Shown one piece after another: positions 46,201-54,150 of a stretch of DNA of 62,690 nt. Within the stretch, counting starts at the first letter, position 1, and each line of letters opens with the position of its first letter. Source of the DNA: a virus; IMG/VR virus record IMGVR_UViG_3300009156_000005, positions 1-62,690 of that record; one strand, given 5' to 3'. The translations under genes and the position numbers were made by a program. The notes under the pieces were generated by a model. The model was not told where the DNA came from and searched no databases. It was given only the letters and a program-made list of their open reading frames with translations.

Positions 46201-48082
46201 CTCGGTGGCGGCGGCTGGCATCCGTTTGCATACGGCCAACAATGCAACGTCGCGCCTCTATATTGATGAGTTAGGCAACATGGGCGTCTCTACGACCGAC
46301 GTAGAGGCATGGCATACGTCTTTCAGGGCAATCGAGTGGTATCGCAATGCGATCATGGTGCGCAACATTTCACCAGGCGGCATGTACATCTGTGATAACC
46401 TCTGGTATGACGGTCAATGGAAATATAAGACGGCAGCAGCCGCAGCCTATATGTCATTGACAAGTGGGGCGTTGACTTATGGAGTGAATACAGGGACGCC
46501 AGTGCAGGATGGGGTGACATCGTTTTTTACCGCCTTGTCGGTAGATGCCACTGGTCAGGTGGGTGTCAACGTCACTCCGGCGGCGGCGTCTCTGCACATC
46601 GGGCCGAACTCGCCCACGTTGGCGACCTATTCTGGTGCTGGCATCTGGCTTGCTCCGGCCTCGGCCAATGTGACCTTTGCGATGCGGGCTACTGGTGGCA
46701 TCGAAGGCGGCATGTTCCTCCACTCATCGAACAACATGTACTTAGGAACGTGGACGAACCACGCGCTTATTCTGCGCTCCAACAACATTGACAAGATCTT
46801 CATCAACGACGCCGCCACCTACGAAATTGACATCGTGGGCTATACGCGCGTGCGTTCGGCCATTACAAGTAAAGCCGCTAGCACAAGTGGATCGGTACAA
46901 CTCAATCCTGGCAGTTCGACGGTAACAGGGCTGATTAGCTTTTATCGTCCTCATGCCGATGCAGCAGCGGCCACGCGATCCGGCTACATCGGTAGCCATG
47001 CCACCAATGTTGGCGTCACGTTGGAGAACAGCGCCGACTTTTATGTGAGCGGCGGCAGCATGGGACTTGGCGTGATAACGCCAGGCATCGACTATCTCGG
47101 CACCAATGATTACACCTATGACACTTTCCTTGAAATTCGCGGGACAAACGCAGCGTTGTTGATCAACGGCAATAGTGCATCGGCATTGGATATTATCAAC
47201 CGCACCGCCGGAATCAACAATCGCCGCTTTAACTTCTACATTGATGTAGACAACACCAGCAGATTCCAGGCACTCAATGATGTCGGCACCCCCAAATACA
47301 ACTTCTTAACGCTCGACCATACTAACGGCGTGATTGGCTTCAACAATGCCAATCCTCTCGCCCAGCTTGATGTGATTGCCGATGCTCGAAATGCACTAAG
47401 GGCAACGAGTTATGGCAGCGCCAGCGGCGTCACGTTCGCGGTTTACAAAGCCAACGGCAGCAGTGGTAGCCCGACCGCTATCGCCAATAGCGATTATCTC
47501 GGCGGATTGCAGTTTAGAGGCTATACCAGTGGCGGCTGGGCGACGAGCAGCAGCGCCGAAATTTCGATTTATGCCGCCGAAGCGTTTGATACCGGCGCGG
47601 GCGGCAAGGCTGGGGCGCAGATCACCTTTGCTGTTCGCAAGCAGTTGAGTGCAACGGTAACGCAGCGCATGGCGATTCAGGATAGCGGCAACATCGCTTT
47701 TTCCAATCAGGTCTATATCAATACGACCGGCGGCACCAATCGTTCGCTCTTTGTCGATAATAATGGGCTAATCGGTGGCGTTGCCAGCAGCATCCGTTAC
47801 AAGACCAACATTCGACCACTGCCGCAGCACTATGACGATGCCTTTATCGAGAGGCTGGAGCCGATAGTCTACAACGCCAAAGATGACCCGACCGAAGCAG
47901 ACCAAGTTGGCCTGATCGCGGAAGCGGTCGCTGCATTGGGAGCGAAAGAGCTTGTGTTCTATCGGGAAGATGGCGAACCCGAATCGCTGCATTATGAACG
48001 GTTTATTGTTCCGCTGATCGCTGCACTTCAGCGGCTAATGGCGCGCGTCAGCGTGCTGGAACAAAGGTTGGCGGCAACCTAA
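40226..48082 (+). CDS. Giant tail fibre (2618 aa) with a C-terminal intramolecular chaperone (peptidase S74-like) domain
   Basis: TAATG overlap with the upstream gene. The protein has repeated GIGT..P...LHV-type modules. The C-terminus reads SSIRYKTNIRPL...VGLIAEAV...LEQRL. Confidence 0.8.
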   Translation: MGQALNRIIKRTLQNEYRRQTQRRSGVVKAAVAAVVSGPSTLTLGGQATSAFAVDAPPGSLVAVQNIGRPANAVYAPARASAVFAVGGAGGGSGGGGGGGGPTYSAGAGIDITSTVISTKNKSAGGIASDSSGNFLILPINSGLILDGSGLKVDPGDGIDILSTGVSVDVTDLIDTTKGLGEDGANNIYVKLSSNPGLEFRSGGGLALALGDDLTYATTNATTATGHTHAVTSSADVSVTQIATLLRSGNSGELGLRQLTLRGNLIFQAGDRSITATNRLTIAPADDLQLWPTAGKLITVRNSQTTKTVNAQDNIGGISGFNIFDSQPPANYMQLTIANIKADNIFARKFTADEARVARGEWWLTRSFGVVETTYDALPAPGSQMDIWFEEAPQLGNFKLFDPGNWAMFRIIDIAHGTPAATIYVTIVDVPPNGYIAREAQTADGVVPPHMARQKWRLLVKAGGFTGQPIAKGEVLADIGLPANGTTDLIGQGSIYMNALHGKDEGSEGPFVNVQTFDHVTSNIPYFKSRVRIGNLHNVVDYTDDIFGFAAGNDLSSVPTAGFSGATVDTTVGMRLFNTDLALYDAAAKVVTLTRSEGLTLVQDQNMLDKAYAYLGWVDYFGVGNKLVSWLAAANGGTPGDSYLQLQATSFASGAEAGITIGANSPDAGARLSLNTSGINGDVFLVAGGNSAHMLLAATEIHMQKKVLIADLSVTPIAPLHVYEASNNINESAGILIDQGSNGDAVIHWRINPIDKYFTAGIDNSDGRKFKISAGTTLGGSSGLNDFITLDPTTGTVTIKGLTVGPSAPADLVAGSGIQLIGPTIQVDPSVVRTSRILTAGAGLTGGGTLATTVTFDIDLASPAGLTLAGNELALAESVAGVGLIMESKVLRVDPALFTRTSTQVIVHAPLDGGGPLSDDIDIYLQIATGSGLFVQSGINPGLRVDPSIAGTGLEMLVPGVLSIDPDYAGGGGSGTVGDLNVTAPITGGGPMSADVTVGLKLHTTSPGLQVDGTSGGLKVDSTIALNTLTVGAGNGLSGGGAISTNPVLNIGGGTAIDVFADNIDVKLAATSGLNKTSGLAIGGGTAIQVLASNIDVLLAANSGLVKGSGLAVDPLLAGNGLLLTAGKIDVVPADTTLTVAADNIKVNQAFDFNWTGAQTWAAGKTQTHNGPVIFNQDSTFNTGVFTFNTNPKIAANIDFINGPRQITTQGTDDLALVPGGSVTLSPNTNVVYPKTTFLTDIGAYNRKFRTLYIGELYAETLVAQKVMATVGGRVMIAPTNVLVAQILASATPTTTIHVKYNNFQNGSYIMFESAPGGAAQFEVMKVTSVAGGVVGDYTYTVTRDQDLTGANQWEIGDACVDWGFAAGQGYIDLTSTTTALNSKSGPTITVYSRTSTAAWNNIKPVTTMGNLKGFVGFGGDEFGFAAGNDLTINPLTTSGFSGFSIDKTNGLRLFNTDLNFFIGTTNSMLIDDSSGIKFLYQTLGSPTNNPLYQIEWDTSLTAPDLSNQSRLSAYRAGVDSFFRISQVTTAGASLLHLSSTGSNNGNGALALHNDYVTLQHTKLGALAQIILKDSRVWISDGGLSDPPPVATSSLHLYHNNAFTGSNAGITVEQLGGGDSQIQFLLTGVRRWTVGADNSDLQKFKIANNAALGSADVFTIDTAGFAGFGLSDPFTELEVLSPTSNLHRGISVTQVGLTTGGAPLTFFKARGTRAAKTVVVTGDNLGIVRGYGWDGLAWAEGARIAYVTNGTIGAGAMPTDMVFSTAGATGGIVEEMRLTAAGNLGIGTAGPSAPLHVMAADLTTRETLAKFMLNVNTSSNLFIYNATTAAGANMAAIGGVSSTTARSILGIDSYTTVDSSTQPMTRFNAVITDNLGDPANGVFSSVTVRPLFAWQNNGAARMTMLASGFVGIGQDATTPTNPLHVRTDQNTNTIIAVENQDPGTGAGVAFSATNGTSSMSMQKRGANYTAGALGANTGFLYNSGAGDIAIYNSVAAAGIRLHTANNATSRLYIDELGNMGVSTTDVEAWHTSFRAIEWYRNAIMVRNISPGGMYICDNLWYDGQWKYKTAAAAAYMSLTSGALTYGVNTGTPVQDGVTSFFTALSVDATGQVGVNVTPAAASLHIGPNSPTLATYSGAGIWLAPASANVTFAMRATGGIEGGMFLHSSNNMYLGTWTNHALILRSNNIDKIFINDAATYEIDIVGYTRVRSAITSKAASTSGSVQLNPGSSTVTGLISFYRPHADAAAATRSGYIGSHATNVGVTLENSADFYVSGGSMGLGVITPGIDYLGTNDYTYDTFLEIRGTNAALLINGNSASALDIINRTAGINNRRFNFYIDVDNTSRFQALNDVGTPKYNFLTLDHTNGVIGFNNANPLAQLDVIADARNALRATSYGSASGVTFAVYKANGSSGSPTAIANSDYLGGLQFRGYTSGGWATSSSAEISIYAAEAFDTGAGGKAGAQITFAVRKQLSATVTQRMAIQDSGNIAFSNQVYINTTGGTNRSLFVDNNGLIGGVASSIRYKTNIRPLPQHYDDAFIERLEPIVYNAKDDPTEADQVGLIAEAVAALGAKELVFYREDGEPESLHYERFIVPLIAALQRLMARVSVLEQRLAAT
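45070..45078 (+). repeat. G9 homopolymer inside the tail fibre ORF
   Basis: ttg ggg ggg ggt encodes LGGG. Confidence 0.95.
47768..48079 (+). other. S74-type auto-cleaving chaperone domain of the tail fibre
   Basis: LIGGVASSIRYKTNI, then GLIAEAVAALGAKELV, followed by a terminal coiled coil. Confidence 0.6.
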
Positions 48083-48102
48083 AGAGTGATCAGGAGAGAT
48101 TT

Positions 48103-48441
48103 ATGGCAATCCAAAATTCACGCAGTAGGAAAGGAATGAAGAAGATGGAACAGCAAGAAGTAATAGCTCAGGGTTTGCAAAATGGTGTCGAGAAAAGTGC
48201 AGTGATGCCCCAAGTTGTGCAACCCAAGCAAACCAGCGTCCAAGTTCAAAGTTTACTCGACAAGCGCATGGAAATGCTCAATGCCCTCAACGGGGCCAAA
48301 GCCGACCGTGATGCTGTGGCCGAACGCCTGGGCGAACTGGAAAAAGGCGTCAACCGCCAAGAGGGGGCGGTACTGATGCTCAACCAACTGATTCAGGAGA
48401 GTGACCCTGAACTCTTCCAGAAGATTGCAGCGGGGGGCTAA
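48103..48441 (+). CDS. Hypothetical coiled-coil protein (112 aa)
   Basis: ORF located after the fibre gene. Confidence 0.5.
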   Translation: MAIQNSRSRKGMKKMEQQEVIAQGLQNGVEKSAVMPQVVQPKQTSVQVQSLLDKRMEMLNALNGAKADRDAVAERLGELEKGVNRQEGAVLMLNQLIQESDPELFQKIAAGG

Positions 48442-48442
48442 C

Positions 48443-48820
48443 ATGCCTATCAACGCACTCCAGCAGAAGGCGTTTAACCAGTCAGAAGAGTTTCGGCTAC
48501 AGGTCTTGAGCGAAGTCAAGAAGCAAGCAATCGACATGGCCGATGCGCTTGAGCCACTGGACGATAAGCGGGCGCAGTTGGCGAATGTGATCAAGTACCC
48601 CGACCAGTTTCAATTCCCACAAACGATGGTCTCTGACTATGACTGGACGGTTACTTTTGACCCGTGGGCGGAAAATCCGCCAAGCGCCGACGGTGCGATT
48701 CAGACTTTTGTGACCAAACATTTTGGCTTGCTTACCGGTTACTATCCGCTAGGGCCATCACAGACACAAGCACAGCCGGAAGCACCGCCACCACCCGCAT
48801 CACCGCCACCGGAGCCTTAA
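48443..48820 (+). CDS. Hypothetical protein (125 aa) with a Pro-rich tail
   Basis: The ATG at 48443 lies 1 nt after the upstream stop. Confidence 0.5.
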   Translation: MPINALQQKAFNQSEEFRLQVLSEVKKQAIDMADALEPLDDKRAQLANVIKYPDQFQFPQTMVSDYDWTVTFDPWAENPPSADGAIQTFVTKHFGLLTGYYPLGPSQTQAQPEAPPPPASPPPEP

Positions 48821-48838
48821 AGTTAGCGAGGCAAGTTC

Positions 48839-49051
48839 ATGGGCAGTTGGGCACCGTGGGATTACATCATTGCCTATGTCGGGATCTCAGGACTGGCTTT
48901 GGCATTTATGCAGCTAGGCCACAACCGCGCCATGAACAAACTGACCAAAGTGTATGACGAAGCGCGCCTTGACCAACAGGCGATGATTGCCGCGCTGCAA
49001 AGCCTGGTGGTCATCCTTGAGGATCTGGTGCGGCGGCAACGTGAAGTGTAG
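48839..49051 (+). CDS. Single-pass membrane protein, holin or spanin candidate (70 aa)
   Basis: It has one hydrophobic span, YIIAYVGISGLALAFM. It is adjacent to the lysin gene. Confidence 0.4.
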   Translation: MGSWAPWDYIIAYVGISGLALAFMQLGHNRAMNKLTKVYDEARLDQQAMIAALQSLVVILEDLVRRQREV

Positions 49052-49062
49052 AAGGGGGCACG

Positions 49063-51159
49063 ATGGCGAACTATCTGCACGGCTTACATGACCCTGGCGG
49101 TGAGTGGGCCTATGGCGACCATCCAAGCTGGATTGTGCATAGCATTGCCTTGACAGAGACAGAGTGGATGAACTTCACCGGCTGGACAGGCGAAGGCTTC
49201 CGCAACATTGTGCGCCTCAATTGGGCGCACAACGGCGTAGACGGCACCATCCCATCACCCGACCAGTACCAGGATTTCGCCAACCGCTGTGCTGATTTTG
49301 TCATGAACAGTCCAGGCGTTGAGTGGGTGGTCATCGGCAATGAACCGAATCACAAGCAGGAATGGCCGAAACAGCAAAAGATTGAGCCGACGCAGTATGC
49401 CAAGTGCTTTGACCTCTGCTACCAAGCCATTCGCAACACCGGCGATCCGGTCAAAGTGATGACAGCCGGTATCGCCCCCTGGAACCAACAGGCGGGCGAC
49501 TGGCTGGCCTATTACCGCACCATGCTCACCTACATCACCAAGCTCGACGGCTTTGCCCTGCACGCCTACACGCACGGCACAAGCCCTGACCTGATCTTCT
49601 CCGAGCAAAAGGTCGAAGGCTGGCTCTGGCACTTCCGCACTTATCAAGACCAGCTAAAAGCCATCACCAATGTCGCCAAGTGGCCGCTCAATCTGCCTAC
49701 CTTTATCACGGAAAGTGACCAGGGCGATGACCCCTGGCGGGATGCCAATACCGGTTGGATACAAAATGCACTTGCTGAGATAAACGCATGGAACAGCCAC
49801 GACGGTATGCGCAAAGTACATGCGGTTTGTTTTTACCGCTGGACGAATCAACCTGGCGACATTTGGGGCATCGAAGGCAAGAACGGCGTGATTGAGGACT
49901 TTCAGATTGGAGCCAACATCGGCTACACCGTCAGTGAAGGGCCAACGCCAACCCCGCAACCGCCGAACCCTGAGCCAACCCCTGAACCCCCCACACCAAC
50001 CCCTGAGCCTATCCCTGAACCGGCGCGTGATATTGACCCCAAGTTGATTGCCCGCGGCGTCTACTTTGACTTTGTGGAGCCGCCGCCTGGCACAAAATAC
50101 TGGCGCATCACCCAAGCCTATTGGCTGGAAGATGCCGCCAATATCGTGGGGCCGGATCATCACATCTTAGGCACCGTCTTGCAGAACAAGTTAGAAGTAG
50201 GCGGCATCAAACTCCAAGTTGACTGGCCTAGTGGCAGCGATGAAGTGACCAGCAAGCCGGATGACCCCAACGCCTCGTATAACTATGACTTTGGCATGTC
50301 TGCTAGTCTCAATGAGTTTGGCATCCACGTCGTTGAGGGTGTGCCCAGCGACTATGCGGGCGGCATCGGCATGGGCAAGAACGGCAACCCCAAAGAGCAT
50401 ACCTCGACGTGGATCACCTTTGAGTATGTGACGGCGGCTGAACCAATAGAGCCAATACCTCCCCTTCCTCCACACGGAGAGATTGAGACCGGCATTGTTA
50501 CAGCAAGCGCCGGTCTCAATCTTCGGGCTGGGCCAGGCACTTCGTTCCATGTACTTGGCACGCTAAGACATGGCAGCACCGTGCTGTATGACACGGAGCA
50601 AGAAGGCTGGCTGCATGTGGTTGACGGTTGGGCCTCGGCGGATTATGTGGGCGACAAGTTTAGCTATATGCCGCCGCCCTTGCCGGTAGCGCCGCCGATC
50701 CTGATCGGTGGTCTAGTCCACCCCTTGCCAGGTTCTTTTATCACCCAACATTTTTATCAAGACCCGCCAAGCTATGAGCAATTTGACTTGCCTGGGCATG
50801 ACGGCACCGATTTTGGCGGTGTCGTGCAGGGCACGCCGATTCTCGCCATAGCCGATGGCAAGATCTTCCGCTCCGACTATGACGCTGGCTATGGCAATTA
50901 CATCATGATCTTCCATGAGCAAAAGCTGTGCTATAGCCTATATGCCCACTGCTCGGAGTTGCTTGGACTTGTTGGGAAAAGTATAAGGGCCGGTGAAGCG
51001 ATAGGTTTGCTTGGCTCGACCGGCAATAGTTCAGGGCCGCACTTGCATTTTGAAATCAGATTGTGTAACCAGGATGGCACATACCGCGAAGATACCCCGA
51101 TGCGGCATGGCCGTGTAGATCCCGAAACGTGGTGCATCGTGCAGGGCTTAAACTTATGA
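49063..51159 (+). CDS. Multidomain lysin: clan GH-A-like TIM-barrel glycosidase, Pro/Thr linker, SH3b and M23 peptidase
   Basis: IGNEPN and FITESDQ (acid/base and nucleophile Glu pattern); linker PTPTPQPPNPEPTPEPPTPTPEP; SH3b-like GLNLRAGPGTSFHVLGTL; M23 motifs HDGTDF and GPHLHFEIR. Confidence 0.8.
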   Translation: MANYLHGLHDPGGEWAYGDHPSWIVHSIALTETEWMNFTGWTGEGFRNIVRLNWAHNGVDGTIPSPDQYQDFANRCADFVMNSPGVEWVVIGNEPNHKQEWPKQQKIEPTQYAKCFDLCYQAIRNTGDPVKVMTAGIAPWNQQAGDWLAYYRTMLTYITKLDGFALHAYTHGTSPDLIFSEQKVEGWLWHFRTYQDQLKAITNVAKWPLNLPTFITESDQGDDPWRDANTGWIQNALAEINAWNSHDGMRKVHAVCFYRWTNQPGDIWGIEGKNGVIEDFQIGANIGYTVSEGPTPTPQPPNPEPTPEPPTPTPEPIPEPARDIDPKLIARGVYFDFVEPPPGTKYWRITQAYWLEDAANIVGPDHHILGTVLQNKLEVGGIKLQVDWPSGSDEVTSKPDDPNASYNYDFGMSASLNEFGIHVVEGVPSDYAGGIGMGKNGNPKEHTSTWITFEYVTAAEPIEPIPPLPPHGEIETGIVTASAGLNLRAGPGTSFHVLGTLRHGSTVLYDTEQEGWLHVVDGWASADYVGDKFSYMPPPLPVAPPILIGGLVHPLPGSFITQHFYQDPPSYEQFDLPGHDGTDFGGVVQGTPILAIADGKIFRSDYDAGYGNYIMIFHEQKLCYSLYAHCSELLGLVGKSIRAGEAIGLLGSTGNSSGPHLHFEIRLCNQDGTYREDTPMRHGRVDPETWCIVQGLNL

Positions 51160-51176
51160 CAGAAAGGACAATCAGC

Positions 51177-51323
51177 ATGAACAGGTATTTAACGCTCTTG
51201 GGAATAATTTTGGCGGCGCTCTTGATTCTCTTTCACTTCGTCGGGCTGGCCGCGGGCTTAGAAGTAGTTCTCTTGGCAATCTCGATCATCCTGGTCGGCG
51301 TGGGTACGCTCACTGGACTCTAG
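51177..51323 (+). CDS. Two-TM small protein, holin candidate (48 aa)
   Basis: MNRYLTLLGIILAALLILFHFVGLAAGLEVVLLAISIILVGVG. An alternative ATG at 51156 overlaps the lysin stop. Confidence 0.45.
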   Translation: MNRYLTLLGIILAALLILFHFVGLAAGLEVVLLAISIILVGVGTLTGL

Positions 51324-51325
51324 CA

Positions 51326-51442
51326 ATGGACGATCACAATTTTTGGTTTTTCATGATTGTGATTTTCATTGCGATTTTCTTGCTGCTGTGCGACCTGATC
51401 CGGCTCGACCATCGGGACAAAGAGAAGCGCCATCGCAGATGA
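51326..51442 (+). CDS. Single-TM peptide with a charged tail (38 aa)
   Basis: MDDHNFWFFMIVIFIAIFLLLCDLIRLDHRDKEKRHRR, read directly from the sequence. Confidence 0.4.
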   Translation: MDDHNFWFFMIVIFIAIFLLLCDLIRLDHRDKEKRHRR

Positions 51443-51481
51443 AGTGTTGCACTTTCCGCACCATTATGTTAGAGTAAACGC

Positions 51482-52033
51482 ATGAACAGCGCCGCCATTG
51501 CAAAACTACTCAAGACACTCTCGCCTGACATTATCGAGTTAAATGAAGATGTCCTTCTGAACGCGGGAAAGCGCCGCCCACTCCTTCGGCGCACACCGCT
51601 TACCTCGGCGGGCGTAACCGGCATAGACTCAGCTACGCCGGTTACGCCAGAGCTTACGCCAGAGCTTACGCCAGAGCTTACGCCAGAGCTTACGCCAGAG
51701 CCTAGCAACAAGCGCAAGATTCTGGAAGATAGGTTCCTCGGCAACTGGACGATGCTGGGCGGGCCGCAGTTGCAGCGGGAGTACCGCTTTGACACAGAAC
51801 GCCGCTGGCGCTTTGATTTTGTCGTGGTGGGGGTGATGATTGCTTTTGAGATTCAAGGCGGTCTGTACGCCCCGCAGACAGGGCACAGGTCACAAGAGGG
51901 AGTAGAGCGTGACTATGAAAAACTCAATGCGGCGCAGATGGCCGGTTGGCAGGTCTTTCAGATCTCCAGCAAGTCGGTCAATGACACAAAATTGTTGCAA
52001 AAACTTATTGACTATTGTTTGAGATTAACATAA
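51482..52033 (+). CDS. PD-(D/E)xK (Vsr/DUF559-like) endonuclease-fold protein with an N-terminal PELT repeat
   Basis: RWRFDF...AFEIQGG...H...ERDYEKLNAAQMAGWQVF is the pattern. Confidence 0.5.
   Translation: MNSAAIAKLLKTLSPDIIELNEDVLLNAGKRRPLLRRTPLTSAGVTGIDSATPVTPELTPELTPELTPELTPEPSNKRKILEDRFLGNWTMLGGPQLQREYRFDTERRWRFDFVVVGVMIAFEIQGGLYAPQTGHRSQEGVERDYEKLNAAQMAGWQVFQISSKSVNDTKLLQKLIDYCLRLT
51644..51703 (+). repeat. 12-bp tandem repeat ACGCCAGAGCTT x5 (the last copy has one mismatch)
   Basis: In frame; encodes T-PELT-PELT-PELT-PELT-PEP. Confidence 0.95.
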
Positions 52034-52091
52034 AATAAAGGGGCTGTGTTTGTGCAAGGGCGCAGCAAGAACATGAGGCAAGCAAGAAGCA

Positions 52092-52129
52092 AAAGGGGGG
52101 AGCCGACAGACAAGACGGTTCCCCCCTTT
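52092..52129. terminator. Bidirectional terminator between convergent modules
   Basis: About 14-bp stem AAAGGGGGGAGCCG / CGGTTCCCCCCTTT with a 10-nt loop and T-rich flanks. Confidence 0.75.
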
Positions 52130-52133
52130 GTGT

Positions 52134-52784
52134 TTATTCTGATAAGCCCATGTCTCGCCGTTTAGCCGGTTTCTTGGGGACGGGTGGCGCTTGTGTCTCA
52201 GACTTGCTCTTGGCTTCTTTGCCCAAGCGCCTTTCTAAGATGCGTCTTTGCATAATGCGGGCCTGGCTTTCGGCCATCTTCTGCCGTTGGCGGCGCTTGC
52301 GAATGACTTCGGCCTGGGCCAGATTCTCGCTCATCACCATCAGTTCAGCGTGCAGCTTGAGCGCCAGGATCTTGCCGTTCTTGACATCATCAAGACAACG
52401 GTAGACGGTGTGGCGTGAGATGTTGAGCAACTTTTGAAAGTGGTGCAGCGGCACGTTGTCCGGTGCAAACTGGCGGTCAAGCATGTAGTACAGATGGACA
52501 AAGGCGGCAACCATCTCACTCTTGCGGTACTCGCCTTCAATCTGATGGACAGGCAGCTTGTAATCGAGCGTGCCTTTGGGTCGCCCCTGCGGTCGCCGCA
52601 AAAGCAACGAATCAATATCATCCTCGCTGATCAACTCTTCTTGCTGGGTGGCTTCAAGCTCAATGCCGTCATCGACCTCAACATCCAAGTCATCGTCTAT
52701 CACATTCTCTGTGATATTTTCTTCGGTCGGCTCTGCGATGGCTTCTTCTTCGATAACCTCGTGCTGCTTCTTAGGTCTTGACAT
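52134..52784 (-). CDS. HTH-containing hypothetical protein with an acidic N-terminus (216 aa)
   Basis: LLNISRHTVYRCLDDV is an HTH-like segment. Confidence 0.55.
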   Translation of the reverse strand: MSRPKKQHEVIEEEAIAEPTEENITENVIDDDLDVEVDDGIELEATQQEELISEDDIDSLLLRRPQGRPKGTLDYKLPVHQIEGEYRKSEMVAAFVHLYYMLDRQFAPDNVPLHHFQKLLNISRHTVYRCLDDVKNGKILALKLHAELMVMSENLAQAEVIRKRRQRQKMAESQARIMQRRILERRLGKEAKSKSETQAPPVPKKPAKRRDMGLSE

Positions 52785-53553
52785 ACAAAATATCTCCGTT
52801 TTCCTCTTGGGTTACATGGTCATCCCGCATAGTGATCGCAGTGTCACGCCCGCGTTCTTCGGCCATTTGGTGCATTGCCCCCTCAAAAGCATCTTCATCG
52901 GCAAAGAGCCTGGGGTCAAGGCGCAAGTCAAAGGCTTTGGTGATGGCGGCTTTCTCTGCTCTTTTCTCGGCAACTTCAAGCGCCGTCCAGGTCTCCGGAA
53001 TGTTGTCCGGCTTATAGCCTGTGATGTTGCCGCGGTTATCTTTGATGGCTCTGGCATTGCGCCGCCAGAAGCCACGGCCTACGGTGGGATAGTAGGGGAT
53101 ACCGACGTGCTTGCACTCTTTGGCGACATCGAGCCTAAATAGCTGCACCTCGACACCGATGTCCTCCGGTTCATAGCTCTCCCGCCGTAGTTTCTTGACT
53201 TCCTCATCTTCCATCACACGAACCGGCGCTATCGTGTAATGGCTTTGGCGATGGGCCAACACCCGCAAGCCCTTGATGCCGATCATGACGACGTACTTAT
53301 CTTGCCACTCTTCGCCCACTTTTTCCTTACCGACCGCCACGGCGTAGATCTCGCCGTTAAAAGGGTCAAGCCGGTAGGCCACAGCCAGTTGTGCCAGGCT
53401 CCATAAGACATCCACCGGCATGTTGTTGGCATTGGGCAACATCAACAAGAGCCGTTTATGCGCCGCCGCAATCTCCATGCGGTCGCCCAAGTGCCGTGGT
53501 GATATGACAATGTTGCCGTTGTCAGTGGCGTTTAGTTCTATCTCGCTTTCCAC
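52771..53553 (-). CDS. recT: RecT/Red-beta-like single-strand annealing protein
   Basis: AYRLDPFNGEIYAV..., MIGIKGL and EVAEKRAEKAAITKAF follow the RecT pattern. The start is GTG with an AGGGGGA RBS. Confidence 0.6.
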   Translation of the reverse strand: MESEIELNATDNGNIVISPRHLGDRMEIAAAHKRLLLMLPNANNMPVDVLWSLAQLAVAYRLDPFNGEIYAVAVGKEKVGEEWQDKYVVMIGIKGLRVLAHRQSHYTIAPVRVMEDEEVKKLRRESYEPEDIGVEVQLFRLDVAKECKHVGIPYYPTVGRGFWRRNARAIKDNRGNITGYKPDNIPETWTALEVAEKRAEKAAITKAFDLRLDPRLFADEDAFEGAMHQMAEERGRDTAITMRDDHVTQEENGDILYVKT

Positions 53554-53576
53554 TGTTCCCCCTATTTCCCGTAAAA

Positions 53577-53595
53577 TGTATCAAGTTCCGTTACA
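53577..53595. promoter_or_regulatory. Operator-like inverted repeat TGTATCA-N5-CGTTACA
   Basis: tgtatcaagttccgttaca lies just downstream of a candidate leftward promoter (TTGACA is the complement of 53620-53625). Confidence 0.55.
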
Positions 53596-53757
53596 TTTTT
53601 ATCACAGGGCAAGGGTGGTTGTCAATAGGCAAGGCTGGCAAGAATCTTAAATTTATGTAAACAGCCTAAAAAACGGCTTAAAATGGGCCTGATAAATTTT
53701 TGTGACTCTTAGGCCGTTTTTCCGTGCAACGTGGCGCAGAGCGCCGGAAATTGGCCT

Positions 53758-54150
53758 TTACGGGCCATCCAGCGGCGATTCAACCGCGGCCAATTCGCCC
53801 ATGCGTTCGCGGTTGGTGCTTAGATGCAGCCGTAGAAAGATGCTCCGGTTGAAGGGCGAAGCGGCACCGGAATGAATTTCACGCAGCAAGTCTAGCTCAC
53901 GCGTAAAGAGCGCCAGTAGCTCGTTGGCGGTCACTTCACGCTTGAAGTCGAGCATGAGCGTCAACGGTTCGGCTCCCGACGGTGTAAGGCGTGAAAGCAA
54001 ACTTGGCTCCAGTGGCGGCAAGACCAGGATCACACGGCGGTAGACGCCTGGTGCCGGAAACGCCACGTTGAGCGGCTTGAACTCCCGCAGATGCACGAGT
54101 GTCCAGGGGTCATGATGCTCATTGCTGAATGAATGATCAGGATCATTCAT
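53758..54150 (-). CDS. Hypothetical protein (130 aa)
   Basis: The sequence is protein-like. Its ATG lies inside a perfect 12-bp-arm palindrome. Confidence 0.5.
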   Translation of the reverse strand: MNDPDHSFSNEHHDPWTLVHLREFKPLNVAFPAPGVYRRVILVLPPLEPSLLSRLTPSGAEPLTLMLDFKREVTANELLALFTRELDLLREIHSGAASPFNRSIFLRLHLSTNRERMGELAAVESPLDGP

